Positions 10,701 through 18,473 of a stretch of DNA of 64,000 nucleotides are shown here, piece by piece. A program made the translations under genes and the position numbers. The stretch's first letter is position 1, and each line of letters begins with the position of its first letter. Source of the DNA: an uncultured Flavobacteriales bacterium (GTDB lineage: Bacteria > Bacteroidota > Bacteroidia > Flavobacteriales_G > Salibacteraceae); contig CALSPD010000007.1 of NCBI GenBank assembly GCA_943788145.1, positions 30,587 through 94,586 on the forward strand, read 5' to 3'. The notes under the pieces are model-generated. The model ran no database searches. It had not been told where the DNA came from and saw only the letters and a list, made by a program, of their open reading frames with translations.

Positions 10701-13700
10701 GCCGCTCCATCGTTTCCTCCAAAGCAAGAAGCGCTATCCGAACTTGTTATGGCTACCGTCATGCCTGTAGCAGGCTGCAATACCGTTGCCGTTGCGTTGG
10801 CAACGCATCCGCTGTCGTCTGTCACCGTTACGATGTACGTCCCGGCTGTTAAGTTCATCGATGTATCGACTGTTGAGCCATTTGGCCAACTGAAGGTATA
10901 GTTACCTGTTCCGCCAGAAGCAGAAGCATAGGCAATTCCATCGGCTCCATTAAAGCAGTTTACAGAATCTGTAGAATCAATAACCACAAGTAAAACTGGA
11001 GGCTCTGAAACGCTGATGGTATCGGATATGGTACATCCGTTTGCATCTGTAATCGTTACTGTATATAACCCAGCTGCGAGGTTAACGCCACATGCTGTTG
11101 TCGATCCGTCACTCCAACTATAGGTATAGTTTGGTGTTCCACCGGATATTGATGCACAAGCCTGACCAGTGCTTCCGCCATTACAAGCTACATCATTCGA
11201 TGACATATTTAGTACAAATGGAGTTGGCTCCAATACTTCGGTTGAGTCAACCGCTTCGCAGCCACTACCATCTGAAACGGTTACGGTATAAGTTCCAGCG
11301 GTCAAGCCAGTAATTACAGCACTTGAAGCTCCATTGCTCCAGCTATATGTTATTGTTCCGGTTCCACCAGAAGCTGTTGCCGTTGCTGTTCCATTATTTC
11401 CACCGTTGCAGGCTATGTTGTTGCTATCTGCATCAACGGTCAAGCCGGTTGGGTCTATTAAAATTACGCAAGCCGTGTCCGAGCATGTTCCGCCACCGTC
11501 ATCTACTGTTACACACCATGTTCCAGCAGGTAGATTAACCGTAGCCGTTGTTTCGCCTGTAGGCCATGTAAAGTTGTACGAACCAGAACCTCCGGTTGCA
11601 GAAGCTGTAACCGAAGCTGAATCCCCAGGACATGCAATCGTAGAATTGATTGCAATGGCAGGAACGATGGCAGGAAGAATATTTACATTAATTGTATCAG
11701 GCTGACTCCAGCACAGACCGTTGTAGTTTGCGTAGTAAAAACTTGTGGACGTTGTTGGTGAAACAGTAACCGTATCTCCAAAACCTATTGCCAAGTTCGG
11801 ATCCAAGTTCAATGGATCGGCAAACCAATAAGCCGTGTCTGGTGCAGTTGGGAAACTGAAGGTAGCTTGCACACAATAAGTATTTCCACTGCAATTCGCA
11901 CCCAAGAACCCAACAAAGAAACTCGCATCAAACACAAAGGATACCGTGTTGTTGGCCGCCCAGTTATTAATGTTGGCTTGTGTTAGTGTAAAGGATTGAA
12001 CGGAAGTGTCGCAGTTAACTGTGGCTCCGTTAAACGTTCCAATGTTGCCAGAATTTTCATCCGTAATGGCGATTGTTCGGAAGTTTCCAGCCAAGTTTCC
12101 AAGACCAGTAACGGAAAGCGTTCCGTTGCCAACTGCAGTGGGTGGGACATTCGAGAACACCACCACGACTACACCGCCTTGAGTTGTAGTACACTGGAAG
12201 TTGCTTGTTACGCTAAAGGTATTGGAGCTGTTGTTCTGACCTTCAAGCAACAAATCAGTACCCGCACAAATCGAAGTGTCGTTGGTTAAAATAGTTGGCG
12301 ATGGAATGGACGAATTGATGGCGGACAGGGTAACCTGAGCTGTATCCATACAACCATTGTTATCTGTTACGGTAACGGTATACGTACCTGCAGCAAGATT
12401 CGATATAGAAGTTCCTGTTGCCGCGTTGCTCCATAGCTGCGTATAAGGACTAGCTCCACCACTTGGCGCAATACTCAATGCTCCCGTGTTAGTTGTGCCT
12501 GAACAAGAAACGCCAGCATCGACCGTTAAGTTGGCCTCTACCGTTGAAGGCAATTCGAAAATGTCAAAGTTTACGATGTCCGTGCAGCTGTTTCCGTCAT
12601 CAACGGTTACTGTATATGACCCGGCTGTAAGCACAGTGGAAGACGCTCCCGTTCCAATGCTTGACCAAGCGTAGCTAAAGTTTTGCGTTGCTGGTATGAA
12701 GGCAACATAATCGTTGTCTGCATTGAAAATGGCATTGTTTCTTCCAGCAACACTATAAGCCAAAGTTCCGGCCTGGTTTTCAATTCCTTGAACAGCATTT
12801 CCACCATCGTGGCGAAGTTGAGTGGAATGAATTTGAATGATGTTTGAATTTTCATACAGTACAATCTGGAACGTGTTGGTATCGTCATTTCCACCTGCTG
12901 CAAAATGCGTCACATCAATGAAGTTTACAACCCGAGCCCTGTTTGGAGCTGTACCAATTTCATACGTTTCTATTTGTGCGGCACCAAAACTCGGATCTAA
13001 ATCCGTCCAAAATCCAGCGATGAACTCTTTTGGAGTGTTTGCTCCAGCGCTCGGAATGGCGGATGTTCCTGAGAACATTCCATTTACTTGCCCAGAATTG
13101 ATGTTGGTTGCATCAAAGGTTATAAAGCCTTGGGAGCAAACCACAAAGTGGGTTTCTGCGCTACCAAAGAAGCTAAAGCTACCTCCATCAAAAATCTCTA
13201 TTGTATCTCCAAGGGCATCGTCTGCTAGGGTGACCACTTCGTAGCTGTTGGCATTTAGTGGCTGACCGATACCATAAGGTTCGTATTCGCCCTCGCTTGT
13301 GTCTATTATATAAGTACTCGTTGTTGTTGAGTTGGCGAATCCACCGTGAGCGGATACATAACCGGCTCCGTCTGCTCCGCCACAAGTAGCACTATCCGTG
13401 CTATCAACAGCAGCCCAAATAGATGGTGGCTCGACTAGGGCAAAAATGGCTGTATTTGTACATCCGTTTCCATCTGTGGCAGTTACAGTATATGAACCTC
13501 CACATAGCGAAGAAGCTGATGCCGTGTTAGCGCCTGAGCTCCATACATAGTTAATGGATCCGGCTCCGCCAGATGCATTTGCTGTTCCTGCTCCATCGCA
13601 GGCATCATCGCAACTTACTTCACTGACATTCGTGAAAGCACTAAAAGCTATTCCAGCCGGATCAACCAGTGTAATACAAGCTGTATCGTCACAAGATCCG

Positions 13701-16516
13701 TCATCAACTGTTACACAATAACTGCCTGCAGGCAATAATACAGTCGCTGATGTTTCGCCACCTGGCCATAAGAAAGTGTATGTTCCACTTCCACCCGTTC
13801 CAGATGCTGTAATTGAAGCCGAATCGCCCACACAGGTGATTCCTGAGTTAATCGAAATTGCGGCAGTAATCGCACAAGCACATGTATCAAGAATTGCCAC
13901 CGATCCAGTATCTGTACATCCGTTTCCATCGGTCACTGTAACGGTATAAGTACTCGCAGAAAGGCCGGTTATCGTTTGTGACGTTGCTCCGGTAGTCCAA
14001 CTGAATGTTGGCGTTCCTTGCGCATTCGTTACCGTAACTGTAGCTTGACCATCGTTGGTTGCACAAGTTTCATATAATAATGGTGAAGCAGTCGCAACGA
14101 GCGCTGCTGGGTCAGTAACTGTAGCCGTGTTCGTTGCGGTACATCCGTTGGCATCCGTTACGTTTACCGTGTAGGTGTTTGCTGTCAATCCAGTAATTGG
14201 AGAGCCCGACCCACCATTGCTCCAAGCAAAGGTGTACGCTCCAGTTCCTCCTGAAGCTGAAGCCGATGCTGTTCCGTTGGCTCCTCCGGCACACGATGGC
14301 GCGCCTGGAGTGCATGTAACCGAAAGCAGCGTTGGGTCAGCTATGGTTGTTGAAGCCTCATCTGTACAACCATTGGCATCGGTAACCGTTACCGTGTACG
14401 TTGCTGCTGTAAGTCCAGTAATGTTTGCTGTAGTTGCGCCATTGCTCCAAGCATAAGTTAATGTTCCAGAACCAGATGCAGTAGAGGCAACCGCGCCCGT
14501 TGATCCACCATTACATAGAGGTGGTGTTCCTGTTACGGAAACGTTCGCCCCTGAACCTGAAGTGATGGTCAGACTTGCCGTTTCTGTACATAAATTGGCA
14601 TCCGTAACCGTCACAGAATAAGTCCCTGCCGTGAGGTTAAATATCGTGTCGTTGGTCGATCCCGTGTTCCATGAAAAAGTCAATGTGCCTGTTCCACCTG
14701 TTGGAATAACCCAACCTTCCCCATCAGCTGCCCCTGAACAAGATTCGCTATTCGTGTCTGTTGTTAGGGTGATGGCGTTTGGAGCGGTTAAGGTTTCGTC
14801 TTCTGTATCTGTACAACCATTGGCATCCGTAATCGTTACCGTATATGTGCCTGCAGTTAATCCAGTTATGGATTGAGTCGTGCCGCCATTACTCCATGCA
14901 TAGGTATAGTTTGGTGTTCCTTGAAAACCAAAAGCCTGAATTTCTCCATCTGCTGAAGTATTACAGGTTGGTTGGTCCACAACTGATGTGAACGCAAACA
15001 ATTGGTTTGGTGCTGTAATGGTCACATCGTCTGTGGCTGTACATCCGTTGGCGTCTGTGGCCGTCACCGTGTAAGTCCCAGCAGTTAGACCTGAAATGGT
15101 AGCGCCCGTTCCTGCATTCCATACATATGTTATCGTGCCTGTTCCTCCAGAGCCAGTGCCTGTTGCCGTACCATTGCTTCCTCCAAAACAGCCAGGACCA
15201 GTACCTGTTGCAGTAACCGAAACCGAACTGGCTGGTTGAATAACCGTTGCTGTGGTTGTAGCTGTACATCCGTTTCCATCGGTAGCGGTTACAGTATAAG
15301 TTCCTGCAGTTAATCCAGAAATAGTAGCTCCTGAACCCGCGTTCCAAGTATAAGTGAAGGTTCCGCTTCCACCTGAAGCCGTTGCAGTTGCTGCACCATC
15401 GTTTCCACCAAAGCAACTCACCGTATCCGTTGAAGTGACAATCGTAATGGCTGTTGCAGCGTTTATGGTAGTTTGGTTTGTAGCCGTACATCCATTGGCA
15501 TCCGTTGCTGTTACTGTGTAGGTTGCGGCAGTAAGTCCGGTAATAGTAGCCGTTGATCCGCCATTGCTCCAAGCATAAGTCATGGTTCCAGTTCCTCCAG
15601 CTCCTGCAGCAGTTATTTGTCCATCGTTGCCTCCAAAACAATCGACACCATCAACCGTGAAGGAAACAGTAACCGCATTTGGATCATCGAGCGTAATGGT
15701 CATGGCTTCCGTACAACCCGAAGCATCCGTAGCCGTTACGGTGTATGTTCCAGCCGTTAAACTTGCCAGTGGCGTTCCTGTTCCGCCAGTGTTCCAAGCG
15801 AACGTATATGGACCACCGTCTCCGCCAGTGGCGGTTACAGCGATTTGACCATTATTACCTCCTTGACAAGTAGGTAAAGTAAGTGTCGTATCAATGACGA
15901 TAGGATCTGGTTCTTCAATTACAAAGGACACCGTATCGCTGCAACTTGCTGCGTCACTCACGATCACCGAGTACGTTCCAGCAGTTAGGTTGGTAGCAGA
16001 TGCGCCCGAACCAATGCTAGACCAAGAATAAGTAAACGTCTGACTTATTGGAATAAATGCCACATAATCATCAACGGCATTCCAATTTGCTCCATTTCTG
16101 CCTGTTACAAAAAAGGCAGTATCTCCAGCCGTGTTTTCAATCCCTTGGGTATGAATTCCTCCATCGGATGGAAGGCTGTCGCCAAAAATCTGAATGATAT
16201 TTGACGTCTCATATAAGGCAATTTGGAAGGTGACTTCGTTTCCTCCTGGGTGATGAGGAATACCGATAAAGTTGATGATTCTAACTTCATTAGCGCCAGA
16301 ACCCATTTTATACGTTTCAATCGTTCCTCCTAGAGTTGGATTTAAATCTTCCCAATAGGCCGCTATCACCGTTTGTGGCGATGCTGAATTGTCTGGCAGC
16401 GTCTCTCCCGAACAACATCCATTGTCCGTATTGGTCGTCCCTAGGGTAATAAATCCGTTTGAAGATATTTTGAATTGGGTGTACGTGGGTCCCAAAAAAT
16501 TCGAAGGAAAAACCAA
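4715..16516 (-). CDS. SprB-repeat giant cell-surface adhesin, major C-terminal fragment with type-B T9SS sorting domain
   Basis: 3,933-aa ORF with no signal peptide and a TTG pseudo-start. I count about 40 tandem roughly 75-aa repeats (C.GG.NG....ASGGTG.YTY.WSNG.....I.GLTAGTYTVTVTD.NGC). The C-terminus FSPNGDGVNDFF...IVNRWGNVIY...WNG...VGTYYYII is the gliding-motility-associated C-terminal domain. It is the continuation of ORF 16317..18455 (see findings). Confidence 0.9.
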   Translation of the reverse strand: MVFPSNFLGPTYTQFKISSNGFITLGTTNTDNGCCSGETLPDNSASPQTVIAAYWEDLNPTLGGTIETYKMGSGANEVRIINFIGIPHHPGGNEVTFQIALYETSNIIQIFGDSLPSDGGIHTQGIENTAGDTAFFVTGRNGANWNAVDDYVAFIPISQTFTYSWSSIGSGASATNLTAGTYSVIVSDAASCSDTVSFVIEEPDPIVIDTTLTLPTCQGGNNGQIAVTATGGDGGPYTFAWNTGGTGTPLASLTAGTYTVTATDASGCTEAMTITLDDPNAVTVSFTVDGVDCFGGNDGQITAAGAGGTGTMTYAWSNGGSTATITGLTAATYTVTATDANGCTATNQTTINAATAITIVTSTDTVSCFGGNDGAATATASGGSGTFTYTWNAGSGATISGLTAGTYTVTATDGNGCTATTTATVIQPASSVSVTATGTGPGCFGGSNGTATGTGSGGTGTITYVWNAGTGATISGLTAGTYTVTATDANGCTATDDVTITAPNQLFAFTSVVDQPTCNTSADGEIQAFGFQGTPNYTYAWSNGGTTQSITGLTAGTYTVTITDANGCTDTEDETLTAPNAITLTTDTNSESCSGAADGEGWVIPTGGTGTLTFSWNTGSTNDTIFNLTAGTYSVTVTDANLCTETASLTITSGSGANVSVTGTPPLCNGGSTGAVASTASGSGTLTYAWSNGATTANITGLTAATYTVTVTDANGCTDEASTTIADPTLLSVTCTPGAPSCAGGANGTASASASGGTGAYTFAWSNGGSGSPITGLTANTYTVNVTDANGCTATNTATVTDPAALVATASPLLYETCATNDGQATVTVTNAQGTPTFSWTTGATSQTITGLSASTYTVTVTDGNGCTDTGSVAILDTCACAITAAISINSGITCVGDSASITASGTGGSGTYTFLWPGGETSATVLLPAGSYCVTVDDGSCDDTACITLVDPAGIAFSAFTNVSEVSCDDACDGAGTANASGGAGSINYVWSSGANTASASSLCGGSYTVTATDGNGCTNTAIFALVEPPSIWAAVDSTDSATCGGADGAGYVSAHGGFANSTTTSTYIIDTSEGEYEPYGIGQPLNANSYEVVTLADDALGDTIEIFDGGSFSFFGSAETHFVVCSQGFITFDATNINSGQVNGMFSGTSAIPSAGANTPKEFIAGFWTDLDPSFGAAQIETYEIGTAPNRARVVNFIDVTHFAAGGNDDTNTFQIVLYENSNIIQIHSTQLRHDGGNAVQGIENQAGTLAYSVAGRNNAIFNADNDYVAFIPATQNFSYAWSSIGTGASSTVLTAGSYTVTVDDGNSCTDIVNFDIFELPSTVEANLTVDAGVSCSGTTNTGALSIAPSGGASPYTQLWSNAATGTSISNLAAGTYTVTVTDNNGCMDTAQVTLSAINSSIPSPTILTNDTSICAGTDLLLEGQNNSSNTFSVTSNFQCTTTQGGVVVVVFSNVPPTAVGNGTLSVTGLGNLAGNFRTIAITDENSGNIGTFNGATVNCDTSVQSFTLTQANINNWAANNTVSFVFDASFFVGFLGANCSGNTYCVQATFSFPTAPDTAYWFADPLNLDPNLAIGFGDTVTVSPTTSTSFYYANYNGLCWSQPDTINVNILPAIVPAIAINSTIACPGDSASVTASATGGSGSYNFTWPTGETTATVNLPAGTWCVTVDDGGGTCSDTACVILIDPTGLTVDADSNNIACNGGNNGTATATASGGTGTITYSWSNGASSAVITGLTAGTYTVTVSDGSGCEAVDSTEVLEPTPFVLNMSSNDVACNGGSTGQACASISGGTPNYTYSWSDGSTTACGVNLAAGLYTVTITDANGCTISDTISVSEPPVLLVVIDSTDSVNCFNGADGIAYASASGGTGNYTFSWPNGSTVDTSMNLTAGTYIVTVTDDSGCVANATATVLQPATGMTVAITSSDSASCFGGNDGAATALASNAQGTVTYAWSNGDTGPSTTSGLTAGTYQVTSTDASGCTATTSVIIGQPTAITVTLGTVTPIPCNGGTGGACVSASGGTPGYTYSWSNGANGICVTGLIAGNYTVTVTDANGCQATPFPVNMTQPTLVDVVASGTNILCNGANNGTATATASGGTGTIGFVWTTGATSATIGPLTAGTYYVTATDGNGCTDVDSFTVTEPIILTANIDSTDTIECFGAADGIAYASATGGTGAYTFAWPNGSTADTSMNLTAGSYVVTITDANGCTDQATAVIIQPATGMTISIVNTDSVNCNGGNDGLAEALAINGTGTITYLWSNGDNTAMTTSGLTAGTYGVTATDGSGCTASTTATIFEPAGMSVVASGNNPSCNGEDDGDAAATVTNGVGTLTYVWSNGATGTPITGLTADTYTVTVTDANGCTATDDVTLSNPAGMSAAFNGIVESSCTSCTGQATVTITGGAATITYLWPNGQTGTSATLLCDGINAVTVTDGNGCVDSFNVVVPADGADTVIAMGTAPLCADSCNGTVFTSNTCVGCTFIWIDSASNVTVGTTDTVTGLCAGTYIVEMTNTGNCSSFDTVKIVDPAGVLAAIPSSTDVTCFGGNDGSATATGSGGNGTITFAWSNGQTGANATGLTAGTYTVTASDANGCGDTAEVVIGQPTTGLSVVASATQHVTCSGGNNGAASAVASGGSGTLTYTWNGSLNGSNISGLTAGIYTVVVSDGGSCSATDTTEILEPTPVVVVLDSTDNPTCPGNADGEATVHGTGGSGTYTYAWPSGNTGTTETGLADGTYCVTVTDAVGCEDILCVNIVGPIGMSVTYAGVSNSSCTVCDGTAQAIVTGGNGTNYTYAWSNGQTTDTNNVLCAGVNNITITDSLGCTLQDFVLIDADGADTVFADSIDASCGACDGLAYATYNCNNGPCTVSWTAFGSTTVLGTTDTIDTLCAGVYFVELTNNGGCVSVDQVTVNAPDPIDPNETITPASCGGSNDGSIALATTGGSGTYSYTWSNGGNTNTIAGLTAGTYTVTISDNAGCDSIAEFDITEPTGIALNETITGTSCFGICDGSVSLAPSGGAGSYSYNWDPIPGNGQGVQAATGLCGGDYIVTVSDINGCSTIDTFNITQPNEIVQDTATVTDATCGDCNGIIDATISGGAGGFSYLWTNGDNTNVSDTLCFGFYELTVTDANGCFEVFGYPVSETGGPDISLTGINTSASGQCDGEATVTVNSSLGTVTFVWSNGDTTATADTLCAGLYIVTATDSNGCSTVDTITIYEPDALGIDFDVVDATCEGGGCDGALTANVIGGVAPYSYLWSTGDTTQTIDTLCGGTYVVTVTDINGTIIIDSATIDSPSPFTIVSTVTEIECPNSCNGVISLVITGNGLPSILWSTGDTTAMIDSLCPGTYTVIVSDTSGCNDSLTFELLSPPDLVITLDSMTEPDCQLANGSISVTGSGGNGGSYSYNWLDFAFDPIFPNQTTSAAVNLFAGIYNVVVSDVNGCSDTFGIILNNNNAADIALDSIVNVSCFGECDGAIMVTLSGGTTPYTIQWSSGGTMEDDSNLCAGIDTIAVADSNLCLSFGIYEVLEPSELILESLDVTGVICGSACDGEITANISGGSEPYVVTWSNGATGVTATDLCAGVYGVTITDANGCSVSSSANVSGPTAMVVTLDSTNDATCEYTGDGNVYVTVTGGSPGYSYRWSNGSTDTLRGQDLTNVVSGTYVLTLTDANGCVVMDTFDIGALFFVNVSINEEDFEVCPESRGVPVTGKDSLATAVRWLNAAGIVQSNGKNAFVDVLDSTVMYVFEGTNGICISRDTIYISETDGPGIYAGEDRSIEPGDEVTIGGDPTARDGVVVTWTPNIDITSTTVMNPMVNPLKTTIYYVSGIDGDECYGVDSVKITVEKIIDPVGGFSPNGDGVNDFFVIDRIANFPNAVVTIVNRWGNVIYVSPAGYTKPWNGTYKGNALTVGTYYYIIDLKDAVVKEPISGAVSILK

Positions 16517-18455
16517 TGTTTAAACTGCTCGAAACAGCATCATCGCCTAAGGTTACCGTGGCATAATTTGCTGCTGCGACATTCCCTGGTTTACCATAAG
16601 GATAAGGTTCAAAACTTCCTTCTGTTTGATCAATAATGTATTTAGAAGTTGAAATGGAAGCGCCTCTACCTCCATGACCGCTGAGATATGCAGCTCCATC
16701 CGCAGCCCCATTACAACTGGCACTGTCGGTGCTATCTACAATAGTGAATAGCGTTGGCGATTCAAACAGAGCCGCGGAACCGTTTAAGATACAGCCCGCA
16801 GTGTCCGATACGGTAATACTTCTTGTTCCTCCGCAAAGCCCAGGGGCTGTTCGCGTGGTTTGACCGTCATCCCATAAATACGTGTAGTTGGTTAGCCCTC
16901 CAACACCGAAGCTGTTTGGATTAACACGTAATCGACCATCGCAAACTCCGTCACAAGAAACCTCATCCAGAACCGTAATACTGGAAATAGCAAATGGAAA
17001 AGAAAAAATACTATGAATAAATGCTAGTTCTGATGTGTCGGCACCTGTTCCTGAATCAACAATCGTAATCTTATAATTATCGGAAGGGATTCCAGTAAAA
17101 ACAGGCGTTGTTTGCGTTATATCCGTAGCGGTAAACTGACCTTCTATTTGGAAAGAGAATGGACCTGTACCACCGGAAAACAACACAGTTAAAGCACCAT
17201 TTAATGGATTCAGGCAAGTGACGTTCGTTTCATTTGAACCAAGTAAAAGCAACGGTTGATTCGAGGGTTGTACTACAACCACTATTTTATGGGCGCCTTT
17301 TCCGGAAACAGGGGTGACATTATCCACCGCAGAAATTGTGACAATGTGAATGCCAATATCATCACCATCGGGTGTCCAAGAAATCTGCGAATTCGATGTA
17401 TTGAAAGTCGCATTTCCACCTAAAACGGCTATAGCATTCGATGAATAAGAATTAATGCCATTGGCATCAGTGAATAATAACCTAAATGAAGCCGCAACTG
17501 CGGTGTCCAAGACCACCGTATCGTTACCTGTCGTGCTATTCACATTCGTCAAACTCGAAAAAGCCGCAGCTGGAACAGGACCATCATTAACACACGTTGA
17601 GTCAATATGAAACTGAAAATCGCGATAAGTCCTGCTAAGTTGATTTCCTGAGCTTCGGTCGTATTCGCTAACCGCCACAACCACTTGATAGTTACCTGAG
17701 TCCGTTGGAGAAGTGAAATTCAAAATTCCGGAAGTCGCATCGATGCTAATACCAGCAATTGGCGCTGTTCCACTCCCTGAAGAATAAGTTAAGTTGGTCG
17801 CGTTGGCCGTTCCTCCTCGCGTTGTGGTTAAGGAAAATACCAAACTATCCCCATCCACATCTGACACTTGAGGGGAATATGAAACGGAAGAAGTTCGACA
17901 CACATAAGGTATTGGCGTACCGCCAAAAACTGGTGAGGAATTGGTCGCATCGTTTTGAACATACAAATCAGCCTGAAGCCACATCCGCTGAGAAGTTGAG
18001 CTAGAAAGATTTCGAGACGTGTTTCGTGTATTTGGACTAACCGTAAGTCGATAAAAGTTACAAGCTGTGCCTAATTGGGCTGAAATATCTATGGAGGAGG
18101 TGTAGCTATATTTTCTTCTTCCTGCCACGCTCCCTGATCCGCAATTGGTGGATTGAGTCGTATTTGAAATGTTTGTTATGGTCGCTGTACCCATGGAATG
18201 AAACCCGATTGGCGTACCTGAACAGTTACGAATAATTAAAACTGGACTTGTTCCTGGCGCACCTCCACCACAATCAATGTAGTAGTTTAAGGTTACGATT
18301 ATCGTGTCGCCATTGCCCATTTGATAAGACAAATCGCCACCTGCATAGCCGCCAGTAGCGGTTTGCGCCTGCAGCGAGGCCGAACAAAAGAGTGCAAATA
18401 TTAAGGCAACACAAGAGTGTTTCAGTAGGTTAAGTAGGGATGTCATACGCTTCAT
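16317..18455 (-). CDS. N-terminal fragment (signal peptide plus Ig/cadherin-like region) of the same giant adhesin
   Basis: Signal peptide MKRMTSLLNLLKHSCVALIFALFCSASLQAQ, motif SDVDGDSLVFSL and two SprB-type repeats. Meaningful sequence ends near 16,497, where the frame slips. The last 60 or so codons are out-of-frame junk. Confidence 0.85.
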   Translation of the reverse strand: MKRMTSLLNLLKHSCVALIFALFCSASLQAQTATGGYAGGDLSYQMGNGDTIIVTLNYYIDCGGGAPGTSPVLIIRNCSGTPIGFHSMGTATITNISNTTQSTNCGSGSVAGRRKYSYTSSIDISAQLGTACNFYRLTVSPNTRNTSRNLSSSTSQRMWLQADLYVQNDATNSSPVFGGTPIPYVCRTSSVSYSPQVSDVDGDSLVFSLTTTRGGTANATNLTYSSGSGTAPIAGISIDATSGILNFTSPTDSGNYQVVVAVSEYDRSSGNQLSRTYRDFQFHIDSTCVNDGPVPAAAFSSLTNVNSTTGNDTVVLDTAVAASFRLLFTDANGINSYSSNAIAVLGGNATFNTSNSQISWTPDGDDIGIHIVTISAVDNVTPVSGKGAHKIVVVVQPSNQPLLLLGSNETNVTCLNPLNGALTVLFSGGTGPFSFQIEGQFTATDITQTTPVFTGIPSDNYKITIVDSGTGADTSELAFIHSIFSFPFAISSITVLDEVSCDGVCDGRLRVNPNSFGVGGLTNYTYLWDDGQTTRTAPGLCGGTRSITVSDTAGCILNGSAALFESPTLFTIVDSTDSASCNGAADGAAYLSGHGGRGASISTSKYIIDQTEGSFEPYPYGKPGNVAAANYATVTLGDDAVSSSLNIGFSFEFFGTHVHPIQNIFKRIYYPRDDQYGQWMLFGRDAARQFSIATNGDSGLLGRFKSNSRRND

Positions 18456-18465
18456 GTCAAAAACC

Positions 18466-18473
18466 CAAATTTA
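18466..18473 (-). promoter_or_regulatory. Candidate -7 box (TAAATTTG) for the adhesin gene
   Basis: The minus strand reads TAAATTTG, ending 10 nt upstream of ATG18455, and matches TAnnTTTG. No clear -33 TTTG was seen. Confidence 0.25.

Noticed and set aside
14961-15641. 226-aa same-strand alternative-frame ORF, plus many 60-135-aa antisense ORFs (e.g. 11334..11705, 12837..13244, 14175..14456) inside the adhesin gene
   Set aside because: Their translations are low-complexity (W/R/C/N-rich or V/P/A-rich). They are mirror images of the biased G/T/A-rich repeat codons, and all lie wholly inside a gene with clear domain structure. They are compositional artefacts.
16487-16500. Programmed ribosomal frameshift or phase-variable switch at the A6/T6 tract of the adhesin
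   Set aside because: There is no downstream stimulatory structure or known slippery heptamer context. Five other simple indels in unrelated genes, including a metabolic enzyme hit twice, make mutation or assembly error the more economical explanation. It remains testable by read heterogeneity.
4715-16516. Strong roughly 225-nt periodicity that could suggest a CRISPR-like or satellite array
   Set aside because: The periodicity is that of in-frame coding repeats (SprB-type, about 75 aa) inside one open reading frame. There is no alternation of short identical repeats with unique spacers, and no cas genes.
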